A DNA stretch of 64,000 nt, taken from NCBI GenBank assembly GCA_963744145.1, contig CAVUSO010000001.1, positions 4,672,001-4,736,000 on the forward strand. Reading direction: 5' to 3'. The translations under genes were made by a program, and so were the position numbers. Numbering within the stretch: the first letter of the stretch is position 1; each line of letters starts with the position of its first letter. A model generated the notes under the pieces. It saw only the letters and a program-made list of their open reading frames with translations. It did not search any database and was not told the DNA's origin. Positions 38,957 to 49,241 of the stretch are shown here, in pieces. This stretch comes from an uncultured cyanobacterium (lineage in GTDB: Bacteria > Cyanobacteriota > Cyanobacteriia > Cyanobacteriales > CAWUOF01).

Positions 38957-39309
38957 AGCAGATTCGGTCGTTGATGAAGTACAGTAAGATTTGGCATGAA
39001 TGGCGATCGGTTAAAGTCGCTTGTGAGTGATCTGTGTTGGTTGGGCAGGTTTATGATAGTTATCTGTTTGCAGCAGAATTGATTGGTGAACCTGCCCCTA
39101 CAAATCCCGGTTGATTGTGATCATAAATTCATTCACCTGCCCCTACAAATCCTGTTAATCTTGTAATCCTCTAATCCTGATCGATTTTTTGGTGAATCTC
39201 TGTAGGGATGGGTCTACTGAAATTTTTGCTATTTACCCACTAATCATCACGCACCCACCCCCACCCACAGATCAATCTGCTCAATGTATCTTCATAGTCA
39301 ATTGGTATA
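38954..39309. mobile_element. Chimeric MITE: TACAGCA-family left end joined to TACCAATT-family right end
   Basis: Left end TACAGCAGATTC...TGATGAAGTAC matches the reverse complement of 48545-48572. Right end AATGTATCTTCATAGTCAATTGGTAT matches the reverse complement of 27466-27491. Confidence 0.75.
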
Positions 39310-39355
39310 AGTAAAATAAAAATAGACACTCCCATCAGGACAAGTGTGAACAACC

Positions 39356-40123
39356 ATGACTTCTGTGATCAAAACGACATCAAGGTTAAGACCAGATTTA
39401 CCCGACCATACTGAATTACCTGACTCCGACGATAACTTCGTGAAAAATTTTCAGGAACATCCTCAAAGTATTCTCCTCACCGATTCGATTCAACCAGTAT
39501 TAGACCGTTTACATCCAGATGGACAATATTGTATCGGACAGGACAGTGGTATTTATTGGCGATTAACTGAACCACCTCTAGATGGAGCTGAAGCACCGGA
39601 TTGGTTTTATGTCCCCGATGTCCCCCGGACACTGAATGGACAACTACGACGATCTTATGTGATCTGGCAAGAATTAACTCCCCCAGCGATCGCGATCGAA
39701 TTTGTCTCCGGAAATGGGAAAGAAGAAAGAGATCCTACTCCCTTAAAGGGAAAATTTTGGGTCTATGAACAAGGAATTAAAATCCCCTATTATGCGATCT
39801 ATGAAGTCCAGAAAGCGAGGGTGGAAGTCTATCAACTCCAAGACGATCGCTATGTCAAATTAAGTCCAAATTTCCAGGGACGTTATCCGATTCACTTGAT
39901 GGGAGTAGAATTAGGAATCTGGTCCGGAAGATATCAAACCATGCAACTACCCTGGTTAAGATGGTGGGATGAGCAAGGAAACTTGTTATTAACGGGAAGT
40001 GAAAGAGCCGAAATCGAGCAACGGGAAAAACAACTAGCCCAACAACAACTTGAACAGGAACGACAACGAGTTGAACGTTTAGCGGCTCAATTACGCAGTT
40101 TAGGGATTGAACCGGAATTATAG
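39356..40123 (+). CDS. Uma2 family endonuclease (intact)
   Basis: LPDSD..FVKNFQEHPQS, APDWFYVP, IEFVSG, KFWVYEQ, WLRWWD. Confidence 0.9.
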   Translation: MTSVIKTTSRLRPDLPDHTELPDSDDNFVKNFQEHPQSILLTDSIQPVLDRLHPDGQYCIGQDSGIYWRLTEPPLDGAEAPDWFYVPDVPRTLNGQLRRSYVIWQELTPPAIAIEFVSGNGKEERDPTPLKGKFWVYEQGIKIPYYAIYEVQKARVEVYQLQDDRYVKLSPNFQGRYPIHLMGVELGIWSGRYQTMQLPWLRWWDEQGNLLLTGSERAEIEQREKQLAQQQLEQERQRVERLAAQLRSLGIEPEL

Positions 40124-40177
40124 TTGACTCGGTGGAGCCGATCGGATCTTATCTAATCAGCAATGATCATAAAACCT

Positions 40178-40206
40178 GGTAGGGGCATATTGCAATATGC
40201 CCCTAC
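40178..40206. repeat. REP-like palindrome GTAGGGGCATATTGCAATATGCCCCTAC
   Basis: Perfect palindrome between convergent genes. Related GTAGGGGC...GCCCCTAC units at about 28376-28403, 54271-54312 and 63991. Confidence 0.75.
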
Positions 40207-40216
40207 TGTCAAAAAA

Positions 40217-41101
40217 TTATTTCCGCTTAATCCATACCTTTAACGATTCAATTCGCAAGGACTGTCCCCTTGTTCCGCAATATTGACCATTGGAACACAC
40301 CGCATAGTCCCCTACATTCTGGATATGAGCAGTGTAAAAAACATCATATTTAGATGCTTCTGGACCAGTTAGCTGAATTGAAAAACCTTCAATTCGTCGT
40401 TCTTGATTTCTCGTCCCAGCAAACTTTCCTTCTTCTAACCATGCTGTATCCCCAATTCCTTGAATATGGGCTTGATATCTCAGACTTAATCCTGGCACAG
40501 GTGGATGGATATTGATCTGAAATCCTTCTAAACGGAGGGATTGTCCACGAGTGCCCACCATTTCATTATCTTTGAATTCCCGATCGCCCAAACTCTGGAT
40601 ATTAGCCAAAATTTTTAGAGATACGTCTGAATTTCCTACTGTACTCAAACCTGTGGTAGTGAATCCAGGAGAAACTCCAGTCACAGCACTTTTTGGGTCA
40701 GGCTCATCAAATCTCGGTAGAATAATCACTTCTGGAGTTGCATCCGGGGACGTGGGTTGTCCAAAAATAAAGATATCCGATTGTGGTGTAGGTGCCTTGA
40801 CAGGTGCTGATATTTGATTCACTGGTGGATTTTGGGCGTCAGTCACCTGATTTACTAACAACTCTAAATCTTTCAGGGCAGAAATTTCCCCAGCTTTTGG
40901 GGTCAATGCTGTTAATGTTTGCAAATGTAACTGGGTAAATTCGGTTTGGTAATTTGCCAGTTCCGCTATTAAATTTCCTGATGGTGGGATACCTTTTGCT
41001 TGAAGTTCTTTACCTGCTTGGGATAGACGCTCTCCCAAACTTGAAAATTTTTCTTTAAGTAGGCTTAGTTGTTGGGACAAATCTTTATGGGCTTGGTTCA
41101 T
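40217..41101 (-). CDS. Protein with N-terminal helical region and C-terminal ChW-like (clostridial hydrophobic W) repeats
   Basis: Three repeats of (A)HIQ..GD....G...GT.(G)Q..R(L/I)E. Confidence 0.75.
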   Translation of the reverse strand: MNQAHKDLSQQLSLLKEKFSSLGERLSQAGKELQAKGIPPSGNLIAELANYQTEFTQLHLQTLTALTPKAGEISALKDLELLVNQVTDAQNPPVNQISAPVKAPTPQSDIFIFGQPTSPDATPEVIILPRFDEPDPKSAVTGVSPGFTTTGLSTVGNSDVSLKILANIQSLGDREFKDNEMVGTRGQSLRLEGFQINIHPPVPGLSLRYQAHIQGIGDTAWLEEGKFAGTRNQERRIEGFSIQLTGPEASKYDVFYTAHIQNVGDYAVCSNGQYCGTRGQSLRIESLKVWIKRK

Positions 41102-41217
41102 AACTCAATTACTTTCACTTAGTTCCGATTTAATTTTGCCCTGTCTCGTTCCAGAGTTATAGGGACATTATATGAATTGAGCTAAATTACCAAAAAAAAA
41201 TTTGTTGCTCTCGTCAT

Positions 41218-41254
41218 TTCCGATATATCGCGATATGATATTGATATATCGGAA
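41218..41254. promoter_or_regulatory. Putative PadR operator (inverted repeat)
   Basis: TTCCGATATATC-N13-GATATATCGGAA just upstream of the padR start. Confidence 0.6.
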
Positions 41255-41272
41255 TGAAACAAGGACAAATTT

Positions 41273-41887
41273 ATGGGTAGAAGATTTCGGTCTTATTTTT
41301 CTGTACCTGCTTGGGTAGGAGTTGATCAAGAAGAGGAGTTGCTGGTCAATCAATGGTTTGCTCAGAGTAAACATGATGGTAAGCGTTTTATGCAAGAAAT
41401 GTTCGGACAAGCTTGGGGTGATGAACCCCGATCGCGTCGTGGGGACATTAAGTTTCTGTTGTTGGAGCTGTTATCGGAGCAACCAAATCACGGTTATGAC
41501 TTGATCAAGCAGATTGAAAACCGTCATGGGGGGGTCCGTCGTCCTAGTCCTGGTTCGGTCTATCCCACTCTGCAATTACTAGAGGATGGGGGTTATGTCA
41601 CGAGTGAACAAAGAGAAGGAAAAAAGATTTACACAATTACAGATGAGGGAAGAAAGCTGCTCAATGAGCGGATTCCACCAGAACCTGCTACTGATTTTGC
41701 TCAGAGTCCTTTTAGTAACTTTCCCGCTAAATTCCAAGAGTTTCATGCACTCAGGAAAGCTGCAACTGATTTAGCTGCTGCGATTATCCAGGTTTCCAGT
41801 TTTGCTGATCCCGAACAAATGAAACGAGTCAGGGAATTGATTGAAGAAACCAAACGGGATATTTATGCTATTCTGGCAGAAAAATAA
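41273..41887 (+). CDS. PadR family transcriptional regulator (YqjI-like)
   Basis: RRGDIKFLLL, HGYDLIK, PSPGSVYPTL, KIYTITDEG. Confidence 0.92.
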   Translation: MGRRFRSYFSVPAWVGVDQEEELLVNQWFAQSKHDGKRFMQEMFGQAWGDEPRSRRGDIKFLLLELLSEQPNHGYDLIKQIENRHGGVRRPSPGSVYPTLQLLEDGGYVTSEQREGKKIYTITDEGRKLLNERIPPEPATDFAQSPFSNFPAKFQEFHALRKAATDLAAAIIQVSSFADPEQMKRVRELIEETKRDIYAILAEK

Positions 41888-41996
41888 GTCCTGCGCGTGA
41901 GCATTGGTAATCTTTGTTTACTCGAAGGTATTGTGTGTGTGTTTTCAGATCGTTGAAACCTCAATAAATTAAATCAGGTTAATCAAATTAAAACTG

Positions 41997-43547
41997 ATGA
42001 TGACACCAACAGGAAAAGTATATTTGGTGGGTGCTGGTCCGGGAGATGTTGCGTATCTGACTGTGCGATCGCAACAACTTCTGAGTCAAGCTCAAGTTTT
42101 AGTCTATGATGCACTGGTAGATCGTAATTTATTGGGTTTAGTCCCTCAAAATTGTCACCTGTTTAATGTGGGTAAACGTGGTGGTAAACCTTCTTTAGCA
42201 CAAACTAAAATTAATCATCTCCTGGTAGAACAATGTCAAAAAGGTTACCAGGTAGTACGTCTGAAAAGTGGTGATCCATTTATTTTTGGTCGCACTACTA
42301 CAGAAATTCAAGCTTTAATTGCAGCTAATTGTGAATTTGAAGTCATCCCGGGAATTTCGACCGCACTAGCTGCACCTTTATTAGCTGGAATTCCTTTAAC
42401 TGATCCGGTTTTAAGTCGTTGTTTTGCTGTTGCTACTGCTCATAATCCAGAAGAATTGGATTGGGAAATTTTAGCAAATATTGAGACTTTGGTAATTTTG
42501 ATGGGAGGAGGAAATTTACCAGAAATTATCCATCAGTTACATAAACATGGGCGATCGCTTTCTTGTCCAATTGCGATTATACGCTGGGTTGGTCATCCTC
42601 AACAACAGATTTGGACTGGTACTTTAGGAAATATTATTACCCAAACTCAAAATGAGTCTCTTTCTCCCTGTGTCATTGCGATCGGTGAAGTCGTAAATTT
42701 AAGAACGTATTTACAAATTCCACCCACTCCGGAGTTAGTTCTTATGAATCAAAAAAATTCTCTTTCCCATCCTCTACTGAACAAAACTATTTTAGTAACT
42801 CGTGCGATTAGTCAATCCCATGATTTTCGCGATCTGCTCGAATCCCAAGGAGCAAAAGTAATTGAAATGCCCACTTTAGAAATCGGTCCTCCCTCTAGTT
42901 GGGTAGCTTTAGATCATGGGATTAAACAAATTCATACTTTTAACTGGTTAATCTTAACTTCTACTAATGGGGTAGATTATTTTTTTGACAGATTAAGGGT
43001 TTTAAAGAAAGATATTCGCGCTTTAGCTGGATTAAAAATTGCTGTAGTTGGTCAGAAGACCGCAGCAAGTCTCAAACAGTATCAGATTCAACCAGATTTT
43101 ATTCCTCCCAATTTTGTAGCTGATGACTTAGTCGCAAATTTTCCTGAAGATGTAGCTGGGAAAAAAATTATGTTTCCTCGAGTCGAAACCGGAGGAAGGG
43201 AAGTATTAGTAAAGGAATTAGTGGAGCGAGGAGCGGAAGTAGTTGAAATTCCTGCTTATGAATCGCGCTGTCCCCAAGCAATATCCCCTCTAGCATTATC
43301 AGCATTACAGGAACATCAGGTAGATGTAGTTACTTTTGCTAGTTCTAAAACTGTCCAATATTTTGTGAATCTGATTAAAGCTCACGACGGTATATCGTTA
43401 GAAAATGTTTTAATCGCGTCTATTGGTCCACAAACTTCCCACACCTGTCAAACATTATTTGGAAAAGTAGATATAGAAGCAGAAGAATTTACTTTAGAAG
43501 GGTTAACTAACGCCATCATCAATTTTTTTACTTGCGCGAGTAAATAA
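41997..43547 (+). CDS. cobA: Uroporphyrinogen-III C-methyltransferase / uroporphyrinogen-III synthase fusion (CobA-HemD)
   Basis: VYLVGAGPGD and RLKSGDPFIFGR, then HemD motifs ILVTRA, TSTNGV, FASSKTV, SIGPQT. Confidence 0.93.
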   Translation: MMTPTGKVYLVGAGPGDVAYLTVRSQQLLSQAQVLVYDALVDRNLLGLVPQNCHLFNVGKRGGKPSLAQTKINHLLVEQCQKGYQVVRLKSGDPFIFGRTTTEIQALIAANCEFEVIPGISTALAAPLLAGIPLTDPVLSRCFAVATAHNPEELDWEILANIETLVILMGGGNLPEIIHQLHKHGRSLSCPIAIIRWVGHPQQQIWTGTLGNIITQTQNESLSPCVIAIGEVVNLRTYLQIPPTPELVLMNQKNSLSHPLLNKTILVTRAISQSHDFRDLLESQGAKVIEMPTLEIGPPSSWVALDHGIKQIHTFNWLILTSTNGVDYFFDRLRVLKKDIRALAGLKIAVVGQKTAASLKQYQIQPDFIPPNFVADDLVANFPEDVAGKKIMFPRVETGGREVLVKELVERGAEVVEIPAYESRCPQAISPLALSALQEHQVDVVTFASSKTVQYFVNLIKAHDGISLENVLIASIGPQTSHTCQTLFGKVDIEAEEFTLEGLTNAIINFFTCASK

Positions 43548-43911
43548 AATCAATTCTAACCATAGAACAGCTAAATTAGTGCTGAATTGTAGGGTAATAA
43601 TTACCCTTAATTCAGCATTAACTGATTGGGGCATATTCTTGACTAAATAAATATTAGTGTAGCACAAAAAGGCAAATAAAGCAACTATAGAACCGGAAAA
43701 ATAAGAATGAAAAAAAATTCCTACAACCTTTGAGAAATAAGGATTGTAACCTTTTTGATTAGAGATAATTAGTCTAATATTAAGAACTTCACAATAATAG
43801 TTAGAATAATATCATGCCTATAAGAAAAATTAATCAAAAATCTATTGCGTTTATTGAATTTATCAGATAGAATTTGAATGTAAAGATATCTTTGATCTTT
43901 AAGGTTCTAAC

Positions 43912-44997
43912 ATGAAGAAAGGGTTCAAATTACTGATTGCTTTAGTCATTGCTTTCTTTAGCATTACTAATGCTGTAAGAGCAGAAGACTTACCAAAGTT
44001 ACCAGGTTATCAAGCAGATTTAAGCCAAACATCTGTTTCTGGTCTTTCATCAGGAGCATTTATGACGGCGCAACTGCACGTAGCCTATTCTGATAAACTG
44101 ATTGGAGCAGGTATCGTTGCTGGTGGGCCTTTCGATTGTGTGGATTCTAGAACTGACAATCCTAATAATTTTCTGAAAGAAGCCACCACAACTTGCATGA
44201 CGCCAGCAGCAAAAATTTCAGGACCAAAAGGTGAGAAGTTATTTGAGCGATCCCAGAAACTTGCCAGTGAAAATAAAATTGCTGATGTAAACAACTTAAA
44301 AGATGATAAAGTTTATCTCTTCAGTGGTGCTAACGACGAAACTGTTAAAACCATAGTAGTTGATGCAGTAGAGCAATTTTATAAATCAGCTGGAGTGCCA
44401 GAAGCAAACATTAAATACGAGAAAGGCGTAAAAGCAGGTCAGGCTAGAGGTGCAGGTCATGCAATTATTGTAGCTGATGGCCCTGTTCCCTGCGATACTA
44501 CAGCACCACCGTATATTAATGACTGTGATGTTACCCAATCCCATGAAATTCTCAAGCATATTTATGGCAAATTAAACGAGCCAACTACATCAGATCAGCT
44601 TAGTGGTAAATTCATCAGGTTTGACCAGAGCGAGTTTGTTAAGGCTAAGGGAACCAGCATGGATGACGTAGGAGTTGTTTATGTACCTGCTGCTTGTGAA
44701 ACCGAATCTTGTAAAGTTCATATTGCTATTCATGGCTGTAAGCAGGGACAAGCAGTGATTGGTGCTCAGTACTATACGACAACTGGCTATAATGAAATAG
44801 CTGATACCAACAAAATTATCGTTTTGTATCCACAGGTTAAGCCTTCAGGTTCAGTTCCACTTAATCCAAAAGGATGTTGGGACTTTTGGGGCTATTCCAG
44901 TCAAGAACCGGCAAAACCAGTTTTTTATACCAGACAGTCTCCCCAAATGCAGGCTATCATAGGTATGGTAGAACGGTTAGGTCAACCCCGTTCTTAA
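43912..44997 (+). CDS. Secreted poly(3-hydroxybutyrate) depolymerase-like esterase
   Basis: Signal peptide; N-terminal lipase box SVSGLSSGAFM; VAGGP; HGCKQ; YNEIADTNKIIVLYPQ; NPKGCWDFWGY. Confidence 0.85.
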   Translation: MKKGFKLLIALVIAFFSITNAVRAEDLPKLPGYQADLSQTSVSGLSSGAFMTAQLHVAYSDKLIGAGIVAGGPFDCVDSRTDNPNNFLKEATTTCMTPAAKISGPKGEKLFERSQKLASENKIADVNNLKDDKVYLFSGANDETVKTIVVDAVEQFYKSAGVPEANIKYEKGVKAGQARGAGHAIIVADGPVPCDTTAPPYINDCDVTQSHEILKHIYGKLNEPTTSDQLSGKFIRFDQSEFVKAKGTSMDDVGVVYVPAACETESCKVHIAIHGCKQGQAVIGAQYYTTTGYNEIADTNKIIVLYPQVKPSGSVPLNPKGCWDFWGYSSQEPAKPVFYTRQSPQMQAIIGMVERLGQPRS

Positions 44998-45063
44998 TCA
45001 CCAATAATTTGGTGGTTGAAGAGATGGGAAAATTCATTTTCTAATAAAAGAGGAAATCTTGTT

Positions 45064-45616
45064 ATGTCAAACGAACTGACTAAAGAATTCGTGAAAATAA
45101 ACGAGTTAGCAGTAGAGTCATTTACGAATCTTGCTGCTAGTAATGTTGAAGCCGTGAATAATACGTTAACAACCTTTGTGGTGAATCCGGCTGCGATCGC
45201 TACCGCAACTAAGTCTTCCATCAGGTACTTTTAAAAAGTTAAATGAAATTTACACTCATAGTGTGAATAGCTTGTTTCGTAGCCAAATAAAACTGCTGAA
45301 GTTAGATGTCGTATCTCAGTCCTACAAAGATTTAGGCGAGGTGGTGATCGGTTCAATCAATGACTTGACCAAAAAACAAACTGAATTAGTCACAATCTAC
45401 ACCGATGCGATCGCTTCGTCTTTTGAGAAATTAAACAATGCTACGAAAGTAGATGATCTAGGTTGGATTGCAAGTGATACATCTAAGCTGAAAGAAGCCG
45501 TGCAAGAAAACCTAACAAATACAGCTGCGGTGATTACAAGTATCCAGTCTGGGCTAGAAGCTGTGGCTGAAAGTGTTCTTGATGGACTAGCAAAAGAGGA
45601 ACCAGCAAAAGAGTAA
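45064..45616 (+). pseudogene. Phasin-like amphipathic helical protein, split by a +1 frameshift near 45220
   Basis: The frame of ORF 45263 is open back to 45185 and overlaps the upstream ORF; helical Ala/Thr/Ser-rich sequence; AGAGGA RBS before ATG 45064. Confidence 0.5.
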
Positions 45617-45804
45617 GGGAAAACAGACTAAAGACCTACTTAGTCTCAGTTTAGCCTGTTCCTATTTGCACTTTCTGCTCATAGATGATCAATAACTAAT
45701 GAAGTGGTAGGGGTAATTATTCCCTCTACCGCTTCAGTTTAAATGTTTTTTTTTAATTTTCTGGTGAGACTGGGTACACATACTTTAGAAAAAAACATTG
45801 TTAC

Positions 45805-46029
45805 ATGAATGAAATCTTTATCCTCACTGATGAATATATTCCTTTATGCAATCTGCTAAAGTTTTGTGGTGTCACTCCGAGTGGGGGTATGGCAAAATCA
45901 ATGATCTCAGCGGGATTAGTTAGAGTTGATGGTGCAATAGAACTACGGAAAACCTGCAAGATTCGTGCTGGTCAAATAGTTAGTGGTGAGGGTTTTCAGA
46001 TTCAAGTTCAGCATCCTGAATGCCCATAG
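45805..46029 (+). CDS. S4-like RNA-binding protein (YbcJ/YaaA family)
   Basis: YIPLCNLLK..G...SGG.AK..I..G.V.VDG..E.RK..KIR.G. Confidence 0.88.
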   Translation: MNEIFILTDEYIPLCNLLKFCGVTPSGGMAKSMISAGLVRVDGAIELRKTCKIRAGQIVSGEGFQIQVQHPECP

Positions 46030-46281
46030 ATTACTTGATGATTGACACTATTTTCAACCGATCTTGTTGCCCTGTCAGAATAACTTAGTAAAGTTGTTTG
46101 ATTTTCCTATATTAAAATCTATTTATAAATAAGCGCATTATCCCGGCGTTTTTGTTTACATATCTTTATGTTTTGTTGGCACTATCAGAGGTTATACTAA
46201 TTGAGTAATGAAATTGCTTAGTTGGGTTTTTATAACCAATTGGGCGATGTGATTATCTAATATAAACCTTTACAGTCGCTT

Positions 46282-47013
46282 ATGAAACTCCAATATTTAT
46301 GTGGGTTAGTGGTATCTTTATCACTTTTTGTTCCAAAAATTGCTAGTGCAAGTACCTATACCAATAATGATAGAAGTTTTTCTTTGTCCCTGAATGAAAT
46401 TCAAAGGACAAATAACAGTTTTTATTATATCAATAAAGGTGATCAGGAGTTTCTGGGAGATATTAACATCGATCATATTTCAGAAACCGGAGACATCGTG
46501 ACTTATGATGGTAGTTTTAAAGAAAGTTTACTGGGCAGAAACAGAAATAAAATAATTTGTTCAGGTGATATTAATATGGTGCGACAAAAAAATGGTGATC
46601 GGGTGGAAATGCAATTAAATCGGATATTTAAAAGTGGGGAAAATTGCCTATCTATGGGACAAACCTTTAATATAAAATTAATAGAATCTTTACCGATCGC
46701 TGACGAAAATGGTGATTTTACTAGAAACAATAGTGATACAGATTTATCAGAAACATCAGGTTTTCTAACTTGGTCAAAATGGGAAATTGTGTCTAGTGAT
46801 GGTGATTTAAATTGTCGCGAAAAACCCGATTCGGATGCTTCTATAAAATCTGTTTTTCATGCTGGGCGCGATCGCATTAGTCCCCTGACCAGAGGAGCTA
46901 GTGCTATTGAATTAATTAATGGTGAAACATGGATGAAAATAGGAACAAAGATGGGAATTTGTTATGTTCGTGCTAATTCTAAATATATTCAACCTGTTTC
47001 AATCCCTTATTAA
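46282..47013 (+). CDS. Secreted hypothetical protein with C-terminal SH3b-like motif
   Basis: Signal peptide; LNCREKP...W......CYVRANSKYIQPV. Confidence 0.65.
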   Translation: MKLQYLCGLVVSLSLFVPKIASASTYTNNDRSFSLSLNEIQRTNNSFYYINKGDQEFLGDINIDHISETGDIVTYDGSFKESLLGRNRNKIICSGDINMVRQKNGDRVEMQLNRIFKSGENCLSMGQTFNIKLIESLPIADENGDFTRNNSDTDLSETSGFLTWSKWEIVSSDGDLNCREKPDSDASIKSVFHAGRDRISPLTRGASAIELINGETWMKIGTKMGICYVRANSKYIQPVSIPY

Positions 47014-47840
47014 TTTAACTTAAAGCCTAAGTGGTTTAAAGTAGTTCGTAATTGCTCTCGTCCCGATAAAGATTCTGGACCAGCAATGCGTTTGATCGAA
47101 TGTTCAGACCAATCACCATTAACAGACATTTTTTGTTGAGAATAAAAAGTTTTCATAACTTCATTGTAACGACTAATTGCCTCATCTTGAACAGATAAAC
47201 TATAATTTTCTTGGTGCAATACAGCCTGTTGAGGTAAACGCGGTTTAATCTCTGCTGGATGATTAAGATCGGGATATCCTAAGCACATTCCAAAAACTGC
47301 AAATACCTGGGGAGGAAGTTGAAGTAATGCAGCTACTTCTTCTGGATGATTGCGGATTCCTCCAATATAAACTGTTCCTAAACCAAGTGATTCAGCAGCA
47401 ATAGTGGCATTTTGTGCTGCTAGGGTAGCATCAATAGTTGCAGTGACAAACATTTCTAAATAATCCAGTCCCACCTGGGGTAATTCAGATTGATTAGCAA
47501 TATAACTTAATCGGGCTAAATCTGCTAACCATACTAAAAATAAGGGACATTGACGAATATGTGCTTGATTACCAGCTAATTGAGATAACTGTTCCTTTTT
47601 GTTGGTTGTCTCAACTGCAACTACACTCCAAGTTTGGAGATTAGCAGAAGTAGCAGCAGATTGAGCTGCGGCTATAATAATTTCTAAGGTTCCTTTTGGC
47701 AGTGGTGTTGGCAAATAAGCCCGAATTGAACGATGATTCAGTAATGTTTGCAGAGATTCATTAATAATATTTTCTGGCGAAAATGCTTCGGCTCCATAAC
47801 GCTGAACAATTAATTCAGCTAGATTTAAACTTTGCTTCAT
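47010..47840 (-). CDS. NADPH-dependent nitroreductase/flavin reductase (NfsA family)
   Basis: HRSIRAY, AATSANLQTWS, AESLGLGTVYIGGIRN, KPRLPQ. Confidence 0.92.
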   Translation of the reverse strand: MKQSLNLAELIVQRYGAEAFSPENIINESLQTLLNHRSIRAYLPTPLPKGTLEIIIAAAQSAATSANLQTWSVVAVETTNKKEQLSQLAGNQAHIRQCPLFLVWLADLARLSYIANQSELPQVGLDYLEMFVTATIDATLAAQNATIAAESLGLGTVYIGGIRNHPEEVAALLQLPPQVFAVFGMCLGYPDLNHPAEIKPRLPQQAVLHQENYSLSVQDEAISRYNEVMKTFYSQQKMSVNGDWSEHSIKRIAGPESLSGREQLRTTLNHLGFKLN

Positions 47841-47940
47841 TGATTTACCCAACTCTACTATATGATCATATTATACTTGGAACTCAGCCATGTCAATATT
47901 TCGGACAGGTTTTGATTAGCAATAAGAGAATAAGGATTTA

Positions 47941-48234
47941 ATGGCGATCGCCTCAGAGCTAAAAACTGTCTGGGCACAAGGAAAAGGTATTCTTACTCTT
48001 CAGGATCTCCCCATTCCACTCCATGGATATGTCTATCGATTATGGGTAATGATCGATCGCGATCAGATTCCTTGTGGAATTGTCAATATCAATACTAAAG
48101 AACTAACTTCTGAGCAATTTTTCCTGCCTATTGATCTCTATGAAGATGGCATATCTGGAGTTTTTATTACCTTAGAATCTTCCCAATTAAGTCGATATCC
48201 AACCGGATCTATAGTCATGCAGAATGTGTGGTAA
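47941..48234 (+). CDS. Anti-sigma factor RskA-like C-terminal fragment
   Basis: LPIP..GYVYRLW...ITLE......PTGSIV; lacks the N-terminal TM part. Confidence 0.55.
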   Translation: MAIASELKTVWAQGKGILTLQDLPIPLHGYVYRLWVMIDRDQIPCGIVNINTKELTSEQFFLPIDLYEDGISGVFITLESSQLSRYPTGSIVMQNVW

Positions 48235-48245
48235 ATTTTATAATA

Positions 48246-48572
48246 TACAGCATCTTCCAGGTTTATGAAGTATAGCAGTGTTGTTTGTAATGTCAGATGG
48301 GTGAGGTTCATTCAGGTGATCTGTGGGGCAGGGCGGGTTCATTAAGGTTATTTGTGTGTGGCAAATTCATCGGTGAACCCGCCCCTACAGGGGATAAAAA
48401 TATTCGGATCTGGGATTATTTACCAAAAAATCGATGAATTTATGATGATAATCAACCAGGATTTGTAGGGGCGGGTTCACCAATCAATTCTGATCCAAAT
48501 CGATCACCATCATAAACCCGCCCAACCAAACGAGATAACTGAATGTACTTCATCAATGTAGAATCTGCTGTA
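48246..48572. mobile_element. MITE with TACAGCA...TGCTGTA ends (family B)
   Basis: Imperfect TIRs including ATGAAGTA / TACTTCAT; internal GTAGGGGCGGGTTCACC REP-like arms. Confidence 0.7.
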
Positions 48573-48606
48573 AATTGTAGCGATCGCCAGATATCGGTCA
48601 ATCCGG

Positions 48607-48915
48607 GTAGGGGCTTTCGCATTTCGGCAAATCAATCATTACTTAAACGTTTACCCTGAGTTTACCCTGAGCGGAGTCGAAGTTTACCCTGAGCGTAGTC
48701 GAAGGGGGCGTAGTCGAAGGGAAGAATAATATTACCGAAATGCTTTGCCCTTGCCATTTATGCAACAAACCGATCAACTATATATTATAAAATCCATTCA
48801 GTTAAGATTTTTTGGGATATCTCAGCGCAGAAGAAGGGTGAAGCATTCGGATATAATATTACTAGTTTGATTGTTCAATTGTCGCCCGAATGCTTCACCC
48901 CTACACTTAACTGAA
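48607..48915. repeat. Cluster of REP-like elements including inverted CTTCGACT(A/C)CGCTCAGGGTAAA repeats and an inverted copy of the 11036 element
   Basis: TTTACCCTGAGCGGAGTCGAAG units at about 48650-48722; AAGGGTGAAGCATTCG...CGAATGCTTCACCCCTAC at 48834-48904. Confidence 0.8.
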
Positions 48916-48941
48916 TCGCAACAGAGGTATCTAATGCAATC

Positions 48942-49151
48942 TCACCACTCATTAAAATCTACCTGGCGACAGTCTGTGGTAATTGCTCGTTGTAGTTCCT
49001 CCGCTTCAGAGTCACTTAAAATTCCGGCAAATTTGGCAAGGGAATTTTTTTGGCGTATTGCCTTAACCCGATAGAAAAAATCTAGCACTGTTTGTACTAG
49101 GTCATCTGGGGCTTGTTCTAGTTCCTGAATCAACTGCTCAAGATTAGTCAT
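48942..49151 (-). CDS. Small antitoxin-like protein (DUF2281-like), orphan
   Basis: LIQELEQAPDDLVQTVLDF and FAGILSDSEAEEL pattern. Confidence 0.6.
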   Translation of the reverse strand: MTNLEQLIQELEQAPDDLVQTVLDFFYRVKAIRQKNSLAKFAGILSDSEAEELQRAITTDCRQVDFNEW

Positions 49152-49241
49152 AGACTTTTTTAGGTTCTTTTACCATAAAGCATAGTACGGTTAAAGTATC
49201 TATAGACATTTTAGCTAAATTTGAAGCAAAAACCGACCTGT

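Noticed and set aside
38305..39030. ORFs 38305..38661(-) and 38773..39030(+)
   Set aside because: They overlap the GUN4 tip and the Y1 remnant antisense or off-frame, with no recognisable motifs.
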